Shown: in pieces, positions 56,225-64,000 of the stretch
How the letters are laid out: each line of letters opens with the position of its first letter
Position numbering within the stretch: the first letter of the stretch is position 1
Assembly (NCBI GenBank): GCA_949372655.1
Contig: CASIAI010000001.1
Span: 13,279 to 77,278 of the forward strand
Direction of reading: 5' to 3'
Source of the DNA: Candidatus Poseidoniaceae archaeon
GTDB lineage: Archaea; Thermoplasmatota; Poseidoniia; Poseidoniales; Poseidoniaceae
Length of the DNA: 64,000 nt
Position numbers and translations under genes: made by a program
The notes under the pieces: model-generated
What the model saw: only the letters and a program-made list of their open reading frames with translations
Told to the model about the DNA's origin: nothing
The model's database searches: none

Positions 56225-58003
56225 ATGAAATATGAATCAATGCGTGTTTCTGATTTAAAAGATGAATTAAGGAAGTACGGAGCCCCTATTAGTGGGACAA
56301 AGAGTGAACTAATACAGAGGATAATGCAGTTCGAACCAGATACTGGTCTTGAACATGATGAATCTAATACGATTAGTTTAGAAGATGATAATGAACAAGA
56401 TGAATCTAATGAAACAAATTATTCTGCTATGATTTCTCTAATGAGGACTCATGTCTATGGCCCGCTAAATGTTGGAGCAATAACCGCAATAGGGATCTCA
56501 TTTCTAATGCTCACAACTGTGCTTATAATTCAGCCTTCGTGGCTTGGTTTTGGAGAAGATTACGAGTATGAACTGATAGATTTTGATCAGCAAAGGGCTC
56601 GGACATTCGCTCAAGAACTTGTAGACCTCGGTCATCCTGACTGGGAAGGTCGGATGAGTGGTACTGTTGAAGAGCAGAACACATCACAATATATCAGTGA
56701 TAAATTTACCGAAATGGGCTATACTGCAGAGATTAATGAATTCTTGGTTCCAATGCATCATATCAATTCCGAACCTAGTTTCAGACTATGTGTTCAAGGA
56801 TTAGGAGGAATATCTCCGTGCGACGGACCAGCTGCTTTCGGCTCTCAAGTAACTCCTTTCCAACATCGAGTCGACTATGTCATCCAGGGGTTTTCAGGAC
56901 AATCAGAATATATGTTCAATGAAGATATACAAGTTACTGACCTGGGTAATGGTTCAGATGAAGCCTTATGGCAAACAGCCACTGGTACAATTGGTTATGT
57001 AAGAGGAGATAGTTCTAAAATTGGCAATACAGAATTATACAGTAATGCAGCAATAAATGACCTTGCAGGTCTAATCAGTGTCAATAAGAATTATAATTGT
57101 GGTAAGATTGAAGGAAATGATTGTGTACCTATCTTCAAAGGTACAAACTATGACTCTCTAGTAGAGGCAAATGGGGGTAGTATACCGACAGATATACCGT
57201 TCATTTCTATGTCCAAGGATGCTGGTGATATCTTTGAGGCTGCAGTAATAAATGCTACTTCTGAACCTGCATCTATAGAATTAATTATCGATGTAACTAA
57301 TGATGAGGAAAGAACAATTTATGTTCCATGTGGCACCATAGAAGGTAGGACTTCAGAAGTCGTAATTGCTGGAGGCCATCATGATACAGTTTACCAAGCC
57401 CAAGGAGCAGTTGATGATAGTTCAGGAGTTGCTAGCGTCCTTGAGATGGCAAGACAAATCTCTGATATCGTCAATGAAACAGGAACACCGGAAAGAACAA
57501 TTCGATTCTGTACTTGGGGTGGAGAAGAAGAAGGTCTGTGGGGGAGTCGAGCCTATGTTGAACAAATGCAAAGTAGCCTTAGTGATAACCTAAGGCTTTA
57601 CATCAATCTAGATATGAACCATGTTGATGCTGACTTTGAAAGTAGAGGCAACTCATTGAGTCTTTTCACAAATAATGAAGATGACTTCGGCCATATTAAA
57701 AGAATTTCAGAACTGTATAAAGAAGAAAGAAGTGAAATCGCTAATAGATATGAAATACAACTTAGCCTACTTGATGGAGACCAAGGAGATGATAATCAAA
57801 TGCCTTGTAATTCAGATCACTGTCCGTTTGTATATGACCTTGGAGGGAAAAACGGTAGAGCTGTTGTATGCTATGGCAGTGGAAGTTGGGAATACCACAC
57901 ATACCTCGATACAATGGATAGATTCAATGAAGAATCCTTAGCAGTGTCCACTACAATTTACGGTACTTACATGAGATTACTCGCTTATGATTTGGATGTT
58001 TGA
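56225..58003 (+). CDS. Membrane-anchored M28-family aminopeptidase with N-terminal SAP/HeH-like motif
   Basis: VSDLKDELRKYGAPISGTKSELIQRIMQ fits the SAP consensus. One TM helix, GAITAIGISFLMLTTVLII. M28 metal ligand contexts GGHHDTV, DDSSGVASVLEMAR and WGGEEEGLWGSRAY. Confidence 0.75.
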   Translation: MKYESMRVSDLKDELRKYGAPISGTKSELIQRIMQFEPDTGLEHDESNTISLEDDNEQDESNETNYSAMISLMRTHVYGPLNVGAITAIGISFLMLTTVLIIQPSWLGFGEDYEYELIDFDQQRARTFAQELVDLGHPDWEGRMSGTVEEQNTSQYISDKFTEMGYTAEINEFLVPMHHINSEPSFRLCVQGLGGISPCDGPAAFGSQVTPFQHRVDYVIQGFSGQSEYMFNEDIQVTDLGNGSDEALWQTATGTIGYVRGDSSKIGNTELYSNAAINDLAGLISVNKNYNCGKIEGNDCVPIFKGTNYDSLVEANGGSIPTDIPFISMSKDAGDIFEAAVINATSEPASIELIIDVTNDEERTIYVPCGTIEGRTSEVVIAGGHHDTVYQAQGAVDDSSGVASVLEMARQISDIVNETGTPERTIRFCTWGGEEEGLWGSRAYVEQMQSSLSDNLRLYINLDMNHVDADFESRGNSLSLFTNNEDDFGHIKRISELYKEERSEIANRYEIQLSLLDGDQGDDNQMPCNSDHCPFVYDLGGKNGRAVVCYGSGSWEYHTYLDTMDRFNEESLAVSTTIYGTYMRLLAYDLDV

Positions 58004-58042
58004 TTACGAGACTTTCAATAACTAAACCTACTGGGTTGTTAC

Positions 58043-58333
58043 ATGGTCGCTCCTAGCGCTTGGGCATCTCACATATTGGTTAATTCCAAATCTGAGGCTA
58101 TGCAGATAAAAGATAAAGTTAGTAAGTTAAAGGATTTTCAAAAAATGGCTCGTAAAAAGAGCACATGCCCTTCGAGTCAGAAAGGTGGAGACTTGGGATG
58201 GTTCCGTAGAGGGATGATGGTCAGAGAGTTTGACCAAGCAGTTTGGGAGATACCCATTGCTTCAACCTCACAACCGGTTAAAACTCAATTTGGCTATCAT
58301 TTGATTTGGGTTCATGAAAGAGACGTAGAGTGA
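58043..58333 (+). CDS. Parvulin-type peptidyl-prolyl cis-trans isomerase
   Basis: ASHILV, GGDLGWFRRGMMVREFD and QFGYHLIWV. 96 aa, single domain. Confidence 0.8.
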   Translation: MVAPSAWASHILVNSKSEAMQIKDKVSKLKDFQKMARKKSTCPSSQKGGDLGWFRRGMMVREFDQAVWEIPIASTSQPVKTQFGYHLIWVHERDVE

Positions 58334-58337
58334 TAGT

Positions 58338-58691
58338 ATGTTCACTATTTCTCTAGAGGATTACTTGGTGATGGCAAAACATGGTGCTTATGACTTTGAG
58401 CATCTTGAAGACCAGCCGTTTATAGTAACAATAAAAGTGGCAATAAGTGGAACTAAAATTAATGAAGATTTAGAAAAGACTGTTAATTATGCAGACTTAC
58501 AAGCAACAATCGACCAAGTGATTCTAAACTCAGAACCGATTCGCTTGATGGAAACTATGGCTGAGATGATGATTGAAATCTTAAAAGAAAATCAATTGAT
58601 ACAAAATATTTCTATACGTATTGAGAAACCTGAAGCACCATTACCGCACAAAGGCGGATTGGCTGTAGTTGAAGCCGAATGGTCAAAATAG
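58338..58691 (+). CDS. folB: Dihydroneopterin aldolase (FolB)-family protein
   Basis: The size (117 aa) and pattern (HGAYDFE..QPF.V.I......D.L..TVNYADL......EPIRLMETMA..I) fit the FolB/tunnel fold. Moderate confidence. Confidence 0.5.
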   Translation: MFTISLEDYLVMAKHGAYDFEHLEDQPFIVTIKVAISGTKINEDLEKTVNYADLQATIDQVILNSEPIRLMETMAEMMIEILKENQLIQNISIRIEKPEAPLPHKGGLAVVEAEWSK

Positions 58692-58729
58692 ATGCGAGCA
58701 TTCAAGCCCGATGACTAAATCGCTATGCT

Positions 58730-59245
58730 ATGGTCGAAGATGTTCAACGAGTATTCGTTCCATCTGTTACCGAAGAGGATGGTAATACTATCGGACTTGG
58801 ATGTTTTAGTACTGAAAAAGTCGCTTGGGAAGTTTTACGAACCTTTCTAAAAAGAAGTGAACAGATGCTATTGATTAACTCTAGTGTAGTGGTATGGGAC
58901 ATAGATCGAATCGGTGAAGATGCCATGACGGTTCTAGCAACTATGGATTGTAAAGACTGCCCGGTATGCTCAAGAAGGACATTTTGGATTGACTTAGAGC
59001 ATTTCAGTGCTCTATGCTATGGAAGTTCCTGCTCTGCTTGGATAGAAGAGAATACTATCGACCCAGAATTAATCGACTGTGGTTGGCCAACAATACGCTT
59101 TTTAAAACAAAATAAGTCTATAGATGATGCAGTAATGGAACTTTACAAACTGGGAGATAAACTAAAGGCGGCAGGAGTAAGAGAACAAGTCAGTGGTACT
59201 GCCGAACAAATGATGCAAGAACACTTTGAGCAATCCAATGACTAG
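58730..59245 (+). CDS. Hypothetical protein
   Basis: 171-aa open frame with a Cys cluster CKDCPVC...C. No family recognised. Confidence 0.4.
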   Translation: MVEDVQRVFVPSVTEEDGNTIGLGCFSTEKVAWEVLRTFLKRSEQMLLINSSVVVWDIDRIGEDAMTVLATMDCKDCPVCSRRTFWIDLEHFSALCYGSSCSAWIEENTIDPELIDCGWPTIRFLKQNKSIDDAVMELYKLGDKLKAAGVREQVSGTAEQMMQEHFEQSND

Positions 59246-59258
59246 AACTAATTCATTT

Positions 59259-59537
59259 TCAAAGGAATGAATTCATTATCAAAGGACCGACAAAACTGAA
59301 TGCGAATAATCCGAAGAAGATAAACATCCAAAGACGCATCTGTTTCTGGTTTCTCTCATCCCTAGTATTCTTATTGACACATTCGGGGCTCTTACAAACT
59401 CTTGGCTCTGAGCTTATCGAGATCGGTTTATGACAGATTCTACAGTGTTTATGTGCTTGATTCTTTGAACCAGAAAATACTTTCTCTGAAACTTTCGATA
59501 ATTTTTCCTTAACTTTTTTTGCATCTACCATGTTCAT
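59259..59537 (-). CDS. Small zinc-ribbon protein with C-terminal TM helix
   Basis: HKHCRICHKPISISSEPRVCKSPEC followed by MFIFFGLFAFSFVGPLIM. ATGA-type overlap with the pyrH stop. Confidence 0.45.
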   Translation of the reverse strand: MNMVDAKKVKEKLSKVSEKVFSGSKNQAHKHCRICHKPISISSEPRVCKSPECVNKNTRDERNQKQMRLWMFIFFGLFAFSFVGPLIMNSFL

Positions 59538-60262
59538 ACACTCCTAATTAAAGTACCACTGAACTCTTTTCCATCCAAAGCACTATCCAGTAATGAAATA
59601 TCTCTGCCATCCAATACTGCGATGTCTATAGAAGCAGCCTTTGCCCATCCAACAGCAACAGGGTCTACAATAGCTGACTGACCTGGAGAGAGTGGTTCTG
59701 TACCAGTTATTTCTGCTAATTCATCGATTGAGATATCAAACATTGGTTTAGCATCATCATGCTCTCTAGGGTCTTTGTTATACACATAATCAACATTAGT
59801 AGCAATTATACAATTTTTTGCACCACAATCTCGAGCCAATGCGATAGCAACTGCATCTGTTGTATGACCAGGAGTTGTTCCGCCCATCACCACAATCGAG
59901 TAATCATCCATTAGATTGGATGCCTCAGCAGTGGTGATTGGAATTGATGGGGATACATTACAACCAATGTCTAGGAATATCTGTTGCAAAATCGTTGCAT
60001 TAAGCCTAGTTGCTGCAATACCTACTTCATCCAGTTTATTAGAATCAGAAATTATATTTTTAGCGAGTTCAATACCTTCTCTAGCAGGTAGACCTCCGCC
60101 AACAACTATGCCCAGTTTCCCCCCATTGCCTTCAACATGAACTATCAATTGCCTCAACTGGCCAAGCCATTGGCGTCTTTTTTCGGCCTCTTCAGGCCTG
60201 AGAAGACTGCCGCCTAAGGCAACAACATGAGTTCTTGTCATCATTCTTCGCTCAAACCTCAA
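59534..60262 (-). CDS. pyrH: UMP kinase, archaeal type
   Basis: Amino-acid-kinase fold motifs HVVALGGSLL, GIVVGGG, VVMGGTTPGHTTDAVAIALA and NVDYVYNKDP. The start may be an internal Met (MMTRTH). Confidence 0.8.
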   Translation of the reverse strand: MRFERRMMTRTHVVALGGSLLRPEEAEKRRQWLGQLRQLIVHVEGNGGKLGIVVGGGLPAREGIELAKNIISDSNKLDEVGIAATRLNATILQQIFLDIGCNVSPSIPITTAEASNLMDDYSIVVMGGTTPGHTTDAVAIALARDCGAKNCIIATNVDYVYNKDPREHDDAKPMFDISIDELAEITGTEPLSPGQSAIVDPVAVGWAKAASIDIAVLDGRDISLLDSALDGKEFSGTLIRSV

Positions 60263-60389
60263 GTCTTTGAGGCTATCCCTATATTAGTCATCAACATAGC
60301 ATTTTTATCATTTCAAATTAATAATGCAGTATTGAATGGGGAGAGATTTGAAAACCTTTAGCGGACGCCCTGTATATGGAGGAAGAGGT

Positions 60390-61637
60390 ATGAGCGAAGA
60401 TGCAGAAACTTCTACTCGCCGCCTTCGTCTAAAAATGGCTCTTGAAGAACTTCGGGAGATGAAAGGATTTGGAACTGAATTAGTAACCATAATTATCCCA
60501 CCCGACAGACAGGTTTCCGATGCAAGAACAATGCTTCAAAATGAGCATGGACAAGCTGCAAATATCAAGTCTAAAGGGACAAAGAAAAACGTCCAAGGCG
60601 CAATTGAATCTGCAATATCTACACTTAATCGTTTCAAAAATGCTGGCGAAAATGGCATTGCTGTATTTGTCGGCTCGGTAATAATTGGAAATAATAAATC
60701 AAGAATGGTCAATGTTGTCGTAGATAATCCACCTCAGCCATTTATCTCCTTCCGTTATCGTTGTGATTCAAAGTTCGAACTAACTCAACTTGAAGATATG
60801 CTAATAGATAAAAAATCATATGGGTTATTTGTAATCGATCGGTCAGAAGCAGCATATGGTATTGCTTCAGGAAAAAGAATTCACGTCCAAGAGCACTTGG
60901 TCTCTAACATTATGGGTAAACACCGTCAGGGTGGTCAATCTGCCCAACGTTTCGAACGACTAATTGAAGAAGCTGCTCATAACTTTTTCAAAAGAGCGGC
61001 CGAGCATGCATGTAGCTATTGGCTTCCAAACCTTGACGATATTCAAGCAATAATTATTGGAGGACCAGGAGCAACTAAAGATTTCTTAGTAAAAAACGAC
61101 TATTTCCATCACGAAATTGTCAAAAAGATAGCCAAAACTTCCTTTGATGTAGGATATTCAAATGATAGCGGGGTAAGAGAACTAGTCGATAATGCGGGTG
61201 GCTTGATGGGTGAGATTGAACTCGATGCTGAAAGACAAAGAATGAACCGTTTCCTTCAAGAATTGATTAAGCCACATCCTAAAGCAACTTATGGTGAAAT
61301 GATGATTAAACAAGCACTTGATCAAGGAGCAGTAGATACTTTACTTATTTCTGAAGGACTTAGAAAGAATTCTTTATCGCTAAAATGTAAAAAGTGCTCG
61401 AATGAATGGAAAGTTACCTTATCTCGAACTGAAGAAATACCGGATTGCCCTTCATGTAATGCCAGTTCAGAAGATATCACTGAAGTAGAGAATATTTCAC
61501 TGATTGATGAACTGACTATAATGGCAGCAAAAGGTAATTCTTCAATATCTTTTATCTCTATAGATACTGAGGAAGGTACACAATTATTAGAAGGATTTGG
61601 AGGGTTAGCTGCAATCCTCAGATACCCTATGATGTGA
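60390..61637 (+). CDS. prf1: Peptide chain release factor aRF1
   Basis: NIKS in AANIKSKG, and GGQ in HRQGGQSAQRFERL. GGAGG lies 7 nt upstream of ATG 60390; ATG 60336 from the ORF track is an alternative start. Confidence 0.9.
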   Translation: MSEDAETSTRRLRLKMALEELREMKGFGTELVTIIIPPDRQVSDARTMLQNEHGQAANIKSKGTKKNVQGAIESAISTLNRFKNAGENGIAVFVGSVIIGNNKSRMVNVVVDNPPQPFISFRYRCDSKFELTQLEDMLIDKKSYGLFVIDRSEAAYGIASGKRIHVQEHLVSNIMGKHRQGGQSAQRFERLIEEAAHNFFKRAAEHACSYWLPNLDDIQAIIIGGPGATKDFLVKNDYFHHEIVKKIAKTSFDVGYSNDSGVRELVDNAGGLMGEIELDAERQRMNRFLQELIKPHPKATYGEMMIKQALDQGAVDTLLISEGLRKNSLSLKCKKCSNEWKVTLSRTEEIPDCPSCNASSEDITEVENISLIDELTIMAAKGNSSISFISIDTEEGTQLLEGFGGLAAILRYPMM

Positions 61638-61641
61638 TATT

Positions 61642-63429
61642 ATGAATATTCTTAGAGAACATGTGGAGCCTGTACTTGGTAATGCTCTCGAATCGATCGG
61701 AATCCAAAACCCTAATTGGAAATCTATGCTTGCTCAGTCGAGAGAACACTCTCAAGGCGACTTATCATTGCCTTGTTTCCCATTTGCCAAACAATTGGGT
61801 AAAAATCCAAATGAAATCGCTCATGAATTATCTGAACTGATTGTTAAAAATGAGGCGATAGGTGAAATTAATGCGAACGGTGGATACCTGAACTTCAAGG
61901 CTGAAGCAAAATGGCTTAGTATGCAATTACTTTCTGGCAAAGTCAGAATTGGAGATGCTTTTGGTAAAAAGTCTGATACTGGAAGGCAGATACTAATTGA
62001 GCACACATCTGCTAATCCGAATGGTCCCTTCCACGTTGGAAGAGCACGAAATGCTATTCTGGGTGACACTTTGGTCAGATTACATAGGTTACTAGGCAAT
62101 GAAGTTAGAGCTGAGTATTATGTCGATGACATGGGTAAACAAGTTGGAGTACTTGCCTGGGCATTAGATAATTTATCAGATGATGATGTCGATAGTATCC
62201 TTGAAGATAAGGATTCGGTTTCAACAAAGTGGGCCGATAAAGCAGACCATACAAGGGTTAGATGGTATCAAGCGGCTCAGAAATTGAGAAGTGATGAATC
62301 AGAAAGCCAGACGATGGAGAAAGAAATCGGTGAATTAGTTCATGCTAGTGAACACGGAGATGAATCTGTTCTTGAACAATTCCACAATTCTTTTCAACCT
62401 GTTTTAGATGGCATGCTTGAAACATTAGGTAGACTCGGTATTGAATTTAATCAATTCACCAATGAATCTATGTTTGTGACAAATGGAGATGTTGCAAAAC
62501 TAACCAAGACACTTTCCGAGTTAGAGATTCACGGTGTCGCAGATAATGGTGCTGAGTACTTAGATTTAGGTGCTAGAGGACTTAAGGGTAAGACAGAATT
62601 CTTCTTCAAGAGAGGTGACGGCTCATCACTATATGCGACAAGAGATATTGCTTATCACATTTGGAAATGGAGTCAGTGTGATGAACTTATCAATATTCTT
62701 GGAGAAGACCATAAATTACAATCCAAGCAAGTAGGTATGACTCTTCAAGAATTAGGCCACAAAGTGCCTGAAGTACTTTTTTACTCCTTCATTAAGTTAC
62801 CAGAGGGTAAAATGTCTACCCGCAAAGGAAATGTTGTTTTTATGGATGATTTATTGGAAGAAGCGAGAGAGCATGCATCAACAATTGTCAGAGAATTGCG
62901 AACTGAATATTCTGAAAAAGAGGTATTCCATATTGCTGAGTCTGTTGGCAGATCTGCAATTAGGTTCAATATAATCAAAGTTAGTCCTGATAAAGGATTT
63001 ACCTTTAGGTGGGAAGAAGCATTAGCCTTTGAGGCGGGTTCAGCCCCTTTCATAATGTATAGCCTTACAAGAGCCCTTTCTATAGCCAAAAAATGCTCTG
63101 ACAATGGAGTAGATGTTGATGAGATTTCAAACAAAATCTTGGACTTCGCTTCCATGAATATGGAATTTCCTGATTCATTGATTAACTTACTAAGGTGTAT
63201 GGCGATTCAAAATGATGTACTCGAACGCTCTGTAAATCAGTGTAGGCCTAACCTTTTCGCCAATCAAGTATTGAACCTTGCAACGAGTTTCAATGGTTTT
63301 TACCGTGACTGCAAGATTTTTTATGAGGGACAAGTTAATGAATTATATTTACAGGTATCTCAATTAGCCTCTAAATTCCTAAAAACCGGGATGGAAGGCT
63401 TAGGGATTACGCCTTTGGAAAGAATGTAA
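61642..63429 (+). CDS. argS: Arginine--tRNA ligase
   Basis: SANPNGPFHVGRARN is a HIGH-type motif and MSTRKG is KMSK-type. The C-terminal anticodon-binding domain ends in ...ERM. Confidence 0.9.
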   Translation: MNILREHVEPVLGNALESIGIQNPNWKSMLAQSREHSQGDLSLPCFPFAKQLGKNPNEIAHELSELIVKNEAIGEINANGGYLNFKAEAKWLSMQLLSGKVRIGDAFGKKSDTGRQILIEHTSANPNGPFHVGRARNAILGDTLVRLHRLLGNEVRAEYYVDDMGKQVGVLAWALDNLSDDDVDSILEDKDSVSTKWADKADHTRVRWYQAAQKLRSDESESQTMEKEIGELVHASEHGDESVLEQFHNSFQPVLDGMLETLGRLGIEFNQFTNESMFVTNGDVAKLTKTLSELEIHGVADNGAEYLDLGARGLKGKTEFFFKRGDGSSLYATRDIAYHIWKWSQCDELINILGEDHKLQSKQVGMTLQELGHKVPEVLFYSFIKLPEGKMSTRKGNVVFMDDLLEEAREHASTIVRELRTEYSEKEVFHIAESVGRSAIRFNIIKVSPDKGFTFRWEEALAFEAGSAPFIMYSLTRALSIAKKCSDNGVDVDEISNKILDFASMNMEFPDSLINLLRCMAIQNDVLERSVNQCRPNLFANQVLNLATSFNGFYRDCKIFYEGQVNELYLQVSQLASKFLKTGMEGLGITPLERM

Positions 63430-64000
63430 TCACTCTGTGTCTGATCTAAACCAGCCATCAGGTAATTGCATTGGGTCATAAACATTGGAATCTTTGACCT
63501 TACGAACAATCTCAAGTTTCATCGATTCCATCCCTACTCCTTCGATTGCAGACATGGTGACTCTGTCATTTTCATCAAAGAGTAGAGGTAAATCGGGTTC
63601 GCCCTCGCTACCGTCTTCAATCCATTCCAGTTCCGAGTTCCTAACCAAATCCCAATCCGCAGGCTTAGGCTGCATTAGGTCTGCCTTTGACGAAACTACC
63701 ATTAGTTCTGTACCGGGAAGAAGTACCTTTACATCCTCCAGTAAATTCATTTGTTCTTCAATCGAAGTACCACAATCCTGACTCTCATCGACCAAGAATA
63801 GTACCAATGACCCTAGATTTTCAAGTGCTGAAATAGCTTGTAATTCAATGTCATTCCTCTTTTCCATCGGTCTATCCAGCAGACCAGGTGTATCGACTAG
63901 TTGATACTGTAATCGGCGATGGATGAAGTGACCAACGTGGATTTGTTTAGTCGTGAATGGATAATGATTAACCTCCATTTTACCTGAACTTAGTGCTGAG
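63430..64000 (-). CDS. Nog1/OBG-class GTP-binding protein, 5' end outside window
   Basis: YPFTT (G2), DTPGLLDRP (G3) and SKADL (G4). The frame stays open to the window edge, upstream of the annotated Met. Confidence 0.7.
   Translation of the reverse strand, partial: SALSSGKMEVNHYPFTTKQIHVGHFIHRRLQYQLVDTPGLLDRPMEKRNDIELQAISALENLGSLVLFLVDESQDCGTSIEEQMNLLEDVKVLLPGTELMVVSSKADLMQPKPADWDLVRNSELEWIEDGSEGEPDLPLLFDENDRVTMSAIEGVGMESMKLEIVRKVKDSNVYDPMQLPDGWFRSDTE

Noticed and set aside
61386-61461. CxxC-x17-CxxC zinc-ribbon-like insert in the C-terminal domain of aRF1
   Set aside because: It sits where eRF1/aRF1 proteins have their variable mini-domain. I believe Cys-pair versions occur in other archaeal aRF1s, so I do not treat it as unusual without a comparison.

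Overview
This 64-kb window looks like a tightly packed, low-GC archaeal chromosome segment. Supporting evidence is an aRF1 with NIKS/GGQ, an archaeal-type UMP kinase, a Nog1-type GTPase, an XPD helicase and a split methylmalonyl-CoA mutase. GGAGG/GAGGTGA sites precede internal operon genes, and many gene junctions are ATGA or TAATG overlaps. The gene content would fit planktonic Thermoplasmatota such as Marine Group II, but that assignment is inference only. I see about 55 protein genes, one tRNA-Leu(UAA), one about 300-nt GC-rich structured RNA candidate, and no transposase, integrase or CRISPR array. Recognisable blocks: (1) a 5-gene Rieske/cytochrome b operon; (2) a long minus-strand block with the mutase B12 subunit, MeaB, asnB-like, gshA-like, a membrane protein and a ferredoxin; (3) acyl-CoA carboxyltransferase/BCCP; (4) three very large Ca-binding-repeat surface proteins of 1376, 2977 and 972 aa; (5) lipA translationally coupled to a complete E1a/E1b/E2/E3 2-oxoacid dehydrogenase operon, with lipB nearby; (6) a class Ia ribonucleotide reductase that looks strikingly eukaryote-like, plus dUTPase; (7) housekeeping genes (gdhA, XPD, ubiX, pyrH, aRF1, argS). 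Best leads for something undescribed: (a) the cytochrome b C-terminal half is fused, through an exported domain and an extra TM helix, to an HdrD/GlpC-type 2x[4Fe-4S]+2xCCG module. This gene abuts convergently a putative gamma-glutamyl-thiol/amidation operon. (b) The structured RNA at 24.9-25.2 kb lacks the SRP and RNase P signatures I know. (c) A compact divergent FtsZ-like GTPase is paired with a small TPR protein. (d) Two membrane proteins carry N-terminal SAP/HeH-like motifs. All family calls come from reading motifs by eye; no searches were run.
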